This document shows, in pieces, positions 13,237-23,800 of a stretch of DNA of 64,000 bases. Position 1 is the first letter of the stretch, and every line of letters begins with the position of its first letter. Location of the stretch: NCBI GenBank assembly GCA_002269645.1, contig NIVC01002689.1:1-64000 (forward strand), written 5' to 3'. The DNA is from Macrostomum lignano. Lineage: Eukaryota. A program made the position numbers and the translations under genes. Below the pieces are notes generated by a model. That model was not told the origin of the DNA, did no database searches, and saw only the letters and a list, made by a program, of their open reading frames with translations.

Positions 13237-16200
13237 TTAAAGCGTCACTCGGAAAATCTTGTTTTTAAACTTGCCCTTAATATGCGAGTGGCACAGCACA
13301 ACCAGGTGCTCCATGTCCGGGTCCCACATGATGCACTGCGGCCCGGAAGCTCGCAAAGTTGGCTGGCGATTGCCAACAAGAAAGTCGGCCAATTTAGTCA
13401 GCCTGGGCATTGGCGGCTCGATGTTGGCCTTCTCAACAGCGCCGAGCATCGCGGCGGCGACTAATCCGGGCGAGGACAGGCCGGTCAGAGTCGTCGTGCC
13501 GGACGCCGTCAAGGTGACACCCTGCGACTGGGTGCTCATCCTGTTGAGCTGGTGAGGCTCAAACTTGTAGCAGCGCAATATGGACTCGCTAGAGGCCGAG
13601 ACGAATAATATGCTGCGCTTAGAGTCGTAGGCGAGGTATTTTGCACCCGGAAGTAGGTCCTCACCTGGAAGTGGTTCAATGCGAGCTGCATGTCAACCTA
13701 CAAATCCTGCATGTAGCATTTTCCAACAGAAAACCTCCGTTGTAGAAACAAATATCGTTGTATTAACTCTCTGAAATGCCCCTGGTGCTGGCGCCCCTGG
13801 TGCTGGCGCCCCTGGTGCTGGCGCCCCTGGTGCTGACGCCCCTGGTGCTAAAATTGCCCCTGGTGCTAAAGCCCCTGGCGCTAAAGCTACCAGTCAGACC
13901 AAAGCAATTGTAAACCAAAGCAGACCAAAGCAACTCAGCAATATTTCATTAAATACAAACTTGCTTACAAACATGAAGGAACAAAAAGCGCCATCTCACC
14001 GCAATGCGCCACAATCTTCATCGAGTTGAGATTAAAAACGCAGATTCCAGCGTCCAGATTAGACACGAACAGATACTGGACAGTGGTATCCGACCCGGTC
14101 GTGTCCATCGAACGGTCGATGAGGTTTGTTTCGAATGAGTTCACGACATCGCCGTCGGCTGTCTCGGCGTTGGAGCTGGACACGGACGACTCCGTGCCGC
14201 CAAGCTCAATGGGGAAGGTCTGGCTCACGCAGCAGTCGAACGGTCGCCACAAACTGCCGAAACGCTCAGCGCTCGTCAAGCCGAGGTCGCTGGTCTTGCG
14301 TAGAAAATTTGCGTTTCAAAATTTTTGTTACACTCGTGAAAACTGATTTTAAGCAGAAATGATCCACCTGACGGACCTGAGACTTCAACGACCTGACTGG
14401 CTGACCCGAGACTTCGACCTGACTGGCTGACCCGAGACTTCGACCTGACTGGCTGACCCGAGACTTCGACCTGACTGGCTGACCCGAGACTTCGACCTGA
14501 CTGGCTGACCCGAGACTTCGACCTGACTGGCTGACCCGAAGACCCGAGACTTCACTGTAGACCTGACTGACTGACCCGAGACTTCACTGTAGACCTGACT
14601 GACTGACCCGAGACTTCACTGTAGACCTGACTGACTGACCCGAGACTTCACTGTAGACCTGACTGACTGACCCGAGACTTCACTGTAGACCTGACTGACT
14701 GACCCGAGGACCCGAGACTTCACTGTAGACCTGACTGACTGACCCGAGACTTCACTGTAGACCTGACTGACTGACCCGAGACTTCACTGTAGACCTGACT
14801 GACTGACCCGAGGACCCGAGACTTCACTGTAGACCTGACTGACTGACCCGAGACTTCACTGTAGACCTGACTGACTGACCCGAGACTTCGACCTGACTGG
14901 CTGACCCGAGACTTCGACCTGACTGGCTGACCCGAGGACCCGAGACTTCACTGTAGACCTGACTGACTGACCCGAGACTTCACTGTAGACCTGACTGACT
15001 GACCCGAGGACCCGAGACTTCACTGTAGACCTGACTGACTGACCCGAGACTTCACTGTAGACCTGACTGACTTACCCGAGACTTCACTGTAGACCTGACT
15101 GACTGACCCGAGGACCCGAGACTTCACTGTAGACCTGACTGACTGACCCGAGGACCCGAGACTTCACTGTAGACCTGACTGACTGACCCGAGACTTCGAC
15201 CTGACTGGCTGACCCGAGACTTCGACCTGACTGGCTGACCCGAGGACCCGAGACTTCACTGTAGACCTGACTGACTGACCCGAGACTTCACTGTAGACCT
15301 GACTGACCGACCCGAGACTTCACTGTAGACCTGACTGACTGACCCGAGACTTCACTGTAGACCTGACTGACTGACCCGAGACTTCGACCTGACTGGCTGA
15401 CCCGAGACTTCAATGACCTGACTGATTTGAATGATTAACTTAACAGGACCTATGAGCTAAGAATTCAATAAAGCTTACTTGAATTTTAATGAACCTAACG
15501 GCCTAATAACATAGTAGATTCCAACGACTCAATGTCATTATCAAACCCAGAGACTTAAAAAATGCAACAACTGTCCAGAACTGACCCGGTGCAGAAGGGT
15601 TACAGTATAGATAGATAGCCAAGCTTACTTTATTCGATCTTACCAACAATCACGAAATCAACCTGAATATCCGAATTTGATGAGCCCCACACAAAGAAGG
15701 AAACTCACAGGGAACCTTAACACGCAGTTCAACTCCAGGTTAGTGCCGTAGATGTAATAGCTGCTATCGTCAGCCGCAATCGAAGCCAGACAGCCAAGCG
15801 GATAGGGCACGCTGATGATGCTGTCTCGCATCATCTGCTCATTGTAGCTGGCTAGAATGGCCATCGCATGGAAACGGACGATCGTGTAAATTTGCTTGTC
15901 TTTCGTCTGAGTGCAATCTGACGCTTTAGCTCGACGCACGTTTCGCTGCGAAATGCGTGAAAATCTCCATTTTGGTAACAAAACCAGTGCACGAGTTATT
16001 AAAGCATAAGAGCAGCGCAGATATGATGAATGAACATTCTCAGGAGGCCTTCGGAGACTCGTCCCACAACCAGCGATTCGCTGCGAATACTGTACCGCAC
16101 AGGCACGCACTCATAGACACACTCACGCAGGGTGTACAGCGGCCCCTTGACTCTCTAATCGTCAGGCATGTGCACTCTGAGTCTCTGTGCCTTGGGGAAA

Positions 16201-17037
16201 TTGGCCCTCGTGGGCCAGTTGTGAATCGCGTTGTGAATTAGCATGTTCAGAGACAATTTACAATGAAGACAGACCAACCTGCAGCAGGTAATAGTCAGGC
16301 CCAGTACTAGGCATCATCTCCTGCAAACCGCGCCTGCCAAGCATCAGCAATCGCTGAGACGAATACTTCAGGTAACGCATCCTGGACGGATGATCTCGCA
16401 GTTCGCATTTGCCCAGGTAAATCAGGTGGCTACAAGCGATTCCTTCGTTAGAACCGTGCTCGTCTAAATCGGGATCGGCGTCCTCTTCGCTGCAGCAGCC
16501 GGGTTTCTTTGTGCCGCCCGAGCGTTGTACTCTACCACTGTCAGTAGTTGGTCTAGCAATGCCAGTCTTGGAGACCGGATGGCTGCTACGACAGGACGAA
16601 CGGAGACTCTCGTCTGCGGACTTCATATTAACTATTTAGATTTTTGGACGAAATAGATTTTATGAATTGCAACTAACCAACCAGGCATACAGTGTCGCTG
16701 AAGCGTTGTTGTTTGCGGGTTGAAACACACGGGAACTATGGAAAAAAGGTAGAAGAGTATTTGCTCAATCGCCTGCAGAGGGTCTATGGTTAAAACTTAG
16801 TAGACTGTCTTATGCAAGCTTTCTGGCTTGTACCCACGGGCTCGTATCCACAAGACAACTAACTACGGGCTTTGTGTAACTAATGGAAGCAATTGAGAAC
16901 TTAAGGGACAGCTGAGGGTTATATTTATACTGGTCATAGCAGTTTAATTTGAGCATAACTAGGACTAACTTGAGTATAGAAGAGAACTCACCGTGACTGT
17001 TTCTAGTTTGTTCGAGCAAGCTGTGAATCATCTTCAT
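13237..17037 (-). CDS. Uncharacterised protein (~440 aa) with NHL/beta-propeller-like repeats
   Basis: Exons 17037-16992, 16631-16279, 15906-15709, 14294-14000 and 13664-13237 join in one frame (one AAG acceptor). Motifs such as YLFVSNLDAGICVFNL and PGAKYLAYDSKRSILFVS resemble propeller blades. Family assignment is inference. Confidence 0.65.
13787..13885. repeat. 15-bp minisatellite (CCCTGGTGCTGGCGC)n, same family as 1055-1572
   Basis: Reverse complement of the 1055-1572 unit with one change; lies in intron 13665-13999. Confidence 0.88.
14365..15425. repeat. Composite intronic minisatellite of 26-bp and 32-bp variants plus 8-bp GACCCGAG inserts
   Basis: GACCCGAGACTTCGACCTGACTGGCT and GACCCGAGACTTCACTGTAGACCTGACTGACT interspersed. 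Confidence 0.95.
16097..16230. repeat. Dispersed ~130-bp intronic element, copy 1 (copy 2 at 45755-45874)
   Basis: Core GCACGCACTCATAGACACACTCACGCAGGGTGTACAGCGG...AATCGTCAGGCATGT, roughly 85% identical by eye over ~70 bp. Confidence 0.75.
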
Positions 17038-17410
17038 AAAACTGTTAAATCAAATTCATTCTACGTAGTTTAAATTTGCGCGAAACAAATTTCAAAGGAC
17101 ATTGTTAAAAAACTCTCCTATACTACTGAAAAAATATAAGTAAATATACGAATTCAGAATAAAGCCCCATGGGGCTAGCTCGCATCATGTTTTGATGAAT
17201 TTTGATTAGAATTTTAATCATGTCTCTATTTTTTTTGAGTCATTAACTAAAATACTTTGTCCTCGTCAGCGAGGCTTCATTAATTTGAAACTTTATCCAA
17301 GATTTCCTGTCGAGGTTTGTCACGAGGAGCACTAGAAAGTTCCAACTTTTATCCCCAACATGGCATTGGAGGCCCCTATATTCTCTTAAGGGATCTTTTT
17401 TGGTCTAGAC

Positions 17411-17581
17411 CATGGGTTGGGAAACTTTTTTACTCATACCTCAAGGGCCATATAGAGAACCCAGCGCGTGACTGCGGGGCAGAGGGAGAAAGAAAGAAGA
17501 GAGGAGGGAAGAGAGAAAAGGGAGAGGAGAGATTGTAGAGAGAGCTGAGAAGAGAAACCCAGATTGCCATTGTGACCCCTG
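17411..17581. mobile_element. Degenerate Charlie/hAT-like MITE family B with purine-rich core
   Basis: Ends CATGGGTTGGGAAAC...GACCCCTG; left flank GTCTAGAC matches the Charlie NTCTAGAN target, right flank GTTAAGAT; related copies at ~18907-19165 and 48209-48591. Confidence 0.6.
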
Positions 17582-19660
17582 GTTAAGATATAGATGGGAC
17601 ACAACACTCTGATTTAGTAATGATATACGGTAATTACATTACCAAAATTGAAATTCCAGAATTCCGGAATATAAAATGCAGAATTTCAGCAGTTGTGTAT
17701 CGCCAGGTACACGTAGCATGAATTAATTATTTCAGTTTAAAGTGAATCTAGATACATAAAAACATGACAGCAGGACAAACTACAGTTCAGTTTTAAAAAA
17801 TATATTTTGTTATGATGTCTAATGATACGAGTATATTTCTTCTCGTTTAAAATACAACAGGCTTGTCTAAAAAAGTTGATTTCACTTTATATTGTTTTAA
17901 TAGAAATAAAAAGTTCGCAAAAAGCTAGAAAACCCTCTGCATTCCCGCAGCAGGGGGTCGATCTGGATAAGCGTCTGGAAACTGGAAGCCGCTCTACACA
18001 TTTAGAGGTGTGAATGATGATAATAAATGGAGATTAATTAAAAAATAAACATTGAGACAAAACAGATCAAATTTTAATTGAAGATCACACTTGATTGAAT
18101 AATTACTTTTATGACGATGGCATTTAGGGATTTAGACGATGGGATGGGGAGCTGTGGGATGGGGACCTGTAGGATGGGGATCAGTGGGATGGGGAGCTGT
18201 GGGATGGGGATCAGTGGGATGGGGAGCTGTGGGATGGGGACCTGTGGGATGGGGATCAGTGGGATGGGGAGCTGTGGGATGGGGAGCTGTTGGATGGGGA
18301 GCTGTGGGATGGGGATCTGTAGGATGGGGATCAGTGGGATGGGGAGCTGTGGGATGGGGAGCTGTGGGATGGGGATCAGTGGGATGGGGAGCTGTGGGAT
18401 GGGGACCTGTGGGATGGGGATCAGTGGGATGGGGAGCTGTGGGATGGGGAGCTGTGGGATGGAGATCAGTGGGATGGGGAGCTGTGGGATGGGGAGCTGT
18501 GGGATTGGAGAGCTGTGGGATGGGGAGCTGTGGGATGGGGAGCTGTGGGATTGGAGAGCTGTGGGATGGGGAGCTGTGGGATGGGGAGCTGTGGGATGGG
18601 GAGCTGTGGGATGGGGAGCTGTGGGATTGGAGAGCTGTGGGATGGGGAGCTGTGGGATGGGGAGCTGTGGGATGGAGAGCTGTGGGATGGGGAGCTGTGG
18701 GATTGGAGAGCTGTGGGATGGGGAGCTGTGGGATGGGGAGCTGTGGGATGGGGAGCTGTGGGATGGGGAGCTGTGGGATGGGGAGCTGTGGGATGGGAAG
18801 CTGTGGGATGGGGATCAGTGGGATGGGGAGCTGTGGGATTGGAGAGCTGTGGGATGGGGAGCTGTGGGATGGGAATTACTAAAATAGGCCCATTGGGACT
18901 GCAATGCAAGAGAACTTAGCGCATGACTGCGGGCCAGAGGGAAAGAGAAGAAGCAAGGGAATAAAGGAGAAGAGAGGAGAAGAAGGACGAGAGAAGGAGA
19001 GAAGAGAAAAAATATTAAAAAGTGGAGAGGAAAGAAATGGGAGACGAGAGCAGAGATGAGAGATTATAGAGAAGAGAGCTGAGCGGACCGGATTGCCATT
19101 GTGAAGTTTGAAAGGAGCCGAGGGCCGGTTAGAGAGGCTCTGCAGGCCGGAGCGACCCCTCTGGTCAAAATACAGATGGGACATGACACTCTTGATTTAG
19201 AAGTGAAATACAGTAATTACCAACATTTAAAATACAGAATTGCATCAGTTGTGGGTCGCTAGGTTCAGCTTGTACTAATCTGGATAAATAAAAACATGCC
19301 AAGACAAGTCAAGCTACGATTCAGTTTTCAATAATATTTAGTCATAATGTTTGCTGATACGAGTATATTTCTCGTTTAAAATATAACAGGCTTCTCTAAA
19401 AAGTTGATTTCACTTTGTTTTGTTTTTAGTACAGAATGAATTAATTTTTTTTGCAAAAAAGCAAGAAAACCCTCTGCATCAGCACAGCAGGGGGTCGATC
19501 TGGATAAGCATTTGGAAACTCGAAACCGTTCTACACATTTACAGGTGTGATGATGATTATAAATAGGGATTAAGAAAAAAATAAACATCGAGACAAAACA
19601 GTTAAAACTTTCATTGAGGATCACATTCGATTGAATAATTTTTTTATTGATTGATGATGA
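17455..19660. repeat. Diverged local duplication: ~17455-18128 repeated at ~18907-19660 (resuming at 20257 after the MITE)
   Basis: Shared blocks: GATTGCCATTGTGA, CAGATGGGACA, AACAGGCTT.TCTAAAAAGTTGATTTCACTT, AGCAGGGGGTCGATCTGGATAAGC, GATTGAATAATT..GATGGCATT. Confidence 0.85.
18133..18872. repeat. 15-bp G-rich minisatellite (TGGGATGGGGAGCTG)n, copy 1
   Basis: Direct repeat with G3/G4 runs; same family at 46540-47225. Confidence 0.96.
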
Positions 19661-20256
19661 CGGAGGCGTCGCCATGGATTTTATGGTGGGGGGGACAAAG
19701 CCAAGAATTCTGCATGTACATGACTAAATACCTACATGTACATTATTTTGAGAATTGGTGTTGTCAGCGCTCATTTTGATGCCACAGTCACTCATTTTGG
19801 CGCCACAGTCACTTATTTTGGCGCCATAGTCGCTTATTTTGGCGCCAGTCACTCATTTTGGCGCCACAGACATTCATTTTGGCGCCACAGACATTCATTT
19901 TGGCGCCACAGACATTCATTTTGGCGCCAGACATTCATTTTGGCGCCACAGACATTCATTTTGACGCCGCAGTCACTCATTTTGGTGCCACAGTCACTCA
20001 TTTTGGTGCCACAGTCACTCATTTTGATGCCACAGTCACTTATTTTGGCACCACAGTCACTCATTTTGGCGCCACAGTCACTCATTTTGGCGCCACAGAC
20101 ATTCATTTTGGCGCCGAAGGCACTCATTTTGGTGCCGCAGGTGCTATGCTTTGGAGCTCGAAAGCAAAATTATTGATTTCCATAACGGGTCACAAGATGG
20201 GGTGGAGCATTGGCATGACAAAGCATTGACATGTCCCCCCGGTGGCGACGCCCCTG
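19661..20256. mobile_element. hAT-like MITE family A, copy 2
   Basis: TIRs CGGAGGCGTCGCC / GGCGACGCCCCTG; 8-bp TSD GATGATGA / GATGATGG; same subterminal sequence and ~21-bp internal repeat as 11967-12743. Confidence 0.88.
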
Positions 20257-20810
20257 GATGATGGCATTAAATCGTTTAATCACTGGGTGAGACGGCGTAG
20301 AAATATGCAATTACAGTGGAATAAATGGTACACATCAGATCACCAACCAGAAATATATGAAAAGAAAACTCATTTAATTAAAAATTAATCAATTTGGTCC
20401 AATACAAACGCTATATGTGTATACATTATACGCTTCCGGCGCTTAAGCTACCACCTATTTTACTACTGCAAGTAGTATATAAAAGTATTTTATGTAGATT
20501 TAGTGATATAAAAAATGTTTCTGGAGTAACAACAGACTTAAAATTATTGTTAAAGTTAAGTTCTATACAAGCGTCTGTCTTGTATTGTAGACTCTTATTT
20601 GTTTTGAAAGTTGAACCGTTATTCTCCGAGTTTAATCCTCCGTTATTGGTTTTAATAGCTTTCGCACTCCTCTTATTAAAAATATTTACAAATTATATTA
20701 TTTACTGGGAAAAGAGAGAATCGCAAATTTGGTAAATAAAATCGATGTTGAATATCAAAGAACACGCAAACGTTTAAAAAGTAGTATACACTCGTAGTGT
20801 CAATAGGTCT

Positions 20811-23800
20811 TCAGGAGCTGCTAGGGAAGGGCACAGATCTTGGATTGCCGTAGAAGCACAGGTAGCAATCCTCTAGCAGGCGGTTGCCCTGTTCTGGAGG
20901 CGGTGCGTTGCCTGTCTTGCCTTGAAGATCGCGAAGCCACTCTTCAAGGCCATCGACGCGGGTCACCTCCGGGATGTTGTAGTCATCGTTGCAGCCTGGA
21001 AATTCAATCATTTATGAACTGGTTAGAATAGGGGGTGGCATAGATATGGGGATGGGGATGAGTAGTAGGGGTTAGCAGAACACGGCCGACACGGCGGAGA
21101 TAGGAGGCGGAGTAGTGCATTGGGATAGGAGGAGGCGGCCTATCTCTCAACATAGAGACGGTTAACACTGCAGAGATAGGAGGAGAGGAGGCGGCCTATC
21201 TCTTTGTACTGGGGATGTTCAACACTGTAGAGATAGGGGAGGCGGCTAACTTTTGCACAAACAAAAACAATTTTACTACCTGGACAAATAAGAAGGGGTG
21301 GCTGCTGCAGAGTAACTGTCTGGGGGCCTGGATTGGCCTGGATTTAGCTGTTTTTTCTTGCATGCACTGTACAGTGTTTACTGGCTGGTCTTTGTTGCTT
21401 TACTAAGTGTACTTACTGATAATAGACGAGTCTATTGGGTCAATTACTGGACGCCATATATTGTACCTGGAAACATTTAGCATTCATTCAACTAACCCAC
21501 TCAATCTTATCTCTGCAGTGTTAACCATCCCAAGTACAAAGAGATAGGCCGCCTCTCCTCCTATCTCTGCAGTGTTAACCATCCCAAGTACAAAGAGATA
21601 GGCCGCCTCTCCTCCTATCTATGCAGTGTTAACCGTCCCAAGTACAAAGAGATAGGCAGCCTCTCCTCCTATCTCTACAGTGTTAACCGTCCCAAGTACA
21701 AAGAGATAGGCAGCCTCTCCTCCTATCTCTACAGTGTTAACCATCCCAAGTACAAAGAGATAGGCTGCCTCTCCTCCTATCTCTACAGTGTTAACCGTCC
21801 CAAGTACAAAGAGATAGGCAGCCTCTCCTCCTATCTCTACAGTGTTAACCATCCCAAGTACAAAGAGATAGGCTGCCTCTCCTCCTATCTCTACAGTGTT
21901 AACCGTCCCAAGTACAAAGAGATAGGCTGCCTCTCCTCCTATCTCTACAGTGTTAACCGTCCCAAGTACAAAGAGATAGGCTGCCTCTCCTCCTATCTCT
22001 ACAGTGTTAACCGTCCCAAGTACAAAGAGATAGGCTGCCTCTCCTCCTATCTCTACAGTGTTAACCGTCCCAAGTACAAAGAGATAGGCAGCCTCTCCTC
22101 CTATCTCTACAGTGTTAACCGTCCCAAGTACAAAGAGATAGGCAGCCTCTCCTCCTATCTCTACAGTGTTAACCGTCCCAAGTACAAAGAGATAGGCAGC
22201 CTCTCCTCCTATCTCTACAGTGTTAACCATCCCAAGTACAAAGAGATAGGCTGCCTCTCCTCCTATCTCTACAGTGTTAACCGTCCCAAGTACAAAGAGA
22301 TAGGCAGCCTCTCCTCCTATCTCTACAGTGTTAACCATCCCAAGTACAAAGAGATAGGCTGCCTCTCCTCCTATCTCTACAGTGTTAACCGTCCCAAGTA
22401 CAAAGAGATAGGCTGCCTCTCCTCCTATCTCTACAGTGTTAACCGTCCCAAGTACAAAGAGATAGGCTGCCTCTCCTCCTATCTCTACAGTGTTAACCGT
22501 CCCAAGTACAAAGAGATAGGCCGCCTCTCCTCCTATCTCTGCAGTGTTAACCGTCCCAAGTACAAAGAGATAGGCTGCCTCTCTGCCTATCTCTACAGTG
22601 TTAACCGTCCCAAGTACAAAGAGATAGGCAGCCTCTCCTCCTATCTCTACAGTGTTAACCGTCCCAAGTACAAAGAGATAGGCAGCCTCTCCTCCTATCT
22701 CTACAGTGTTAACCGTCCCAAGTACAAAGAGATAGGCAGCCTCTCCTCCTATCTCTACAGTGTTAACCGTCCCAAGTACAAAGAGATAGGCTGCCTCTCC
22801 TCCTATCTCTACAGTGTTAACCGTCCCAAGTACAAAGAGATAGGCTGCCTCTCCTCCTATCTCTGCAGTGTTAACCGTCCCAAGTACAAAGAGATAGGCT
22901 GCCTCTCCTCCTATCTCTGCAGTGTTAACCGTCCCAAGTACAAAGAGATAGGCTGCCTCTCTGCCTATCTCTACAGTGTTAACCATCCCAAGTACAAAGA
23001 GATAGGCTGCCTCTCCTCCTATCTCTACAGTGTTAACCGTCCCAAGTACAAAGAGATAGGCAGCCTCTCCTCCTATCTCTACAGTGTTAACCGTCCCAAG
23101 TACAAAGAGATAGGCAGCCTCTCCTCCTATCTCTACAGTGTTAACCATCCCAAGTACAAAGAGATAGGCTGCCTCTCCTCCTATCTCTACAGTGTTAACC
23201 GTCCTAAGTACAAAGAGATAGGCAGCCTCTCCTCCTATCTCTACAGTGTTAACCGTCCCAAGTACAAAGAGATAGGCAGCCTCTCCTCCTATCTCTACAG
23301 TGTTAACCGTCCCAAGTACAAAGAGATAGGCAGCCTCTCCGCCTATCTCTGCAGTGTTAACCATCCCAAGTACAAAGAGATAGGCAGCCTCTCCTCCTAT
23401 CTCTACAGTGTTAACCGTCCCAAGTACAAAGAGATAGGCTGCCTCTCCGCATATCTCTGCAGTTTTAACCATCCCAAGTACAAAGAGATAGGCTGCCTCT
23501 CCGCCTATCTCTGCAGTGTTAACCATCCCAAGTACAAAGAGATAGGCTGCCTCTCCGCCTATATCTGCAGTGTTAACCATCCCAAGTACAAAGAGATAGG
23601 CTGCCTCTCCTCCTATCTCTGCAGTGTTAACCATCCCAAGTACAAAGAGATAGGCAGCCTCTCCTCCTATCTCTGCAGTGTTAACCATCCCAAGTACAAA
23701 GAGATAGGCTGCCTCTCCTCCTATCTCTACAGTGTTAACCGTCCCAAGTACAAAGAGATAGGCAGCCTCTCCTCCTATCTCTACAGTGTTAACCGTCCCA

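Noticed and set aside
14365-15425. CRISPR-like look of repeats with variable inserts
   Set aside because: No unique spacers, no cas genes, eukaryotic intron context.
18111-18919. MGSCG / WGAVG / DGELW ORFs (also 46416-47286)
   Set aside because: 15-bp G-rich tandem repeat artefacts.
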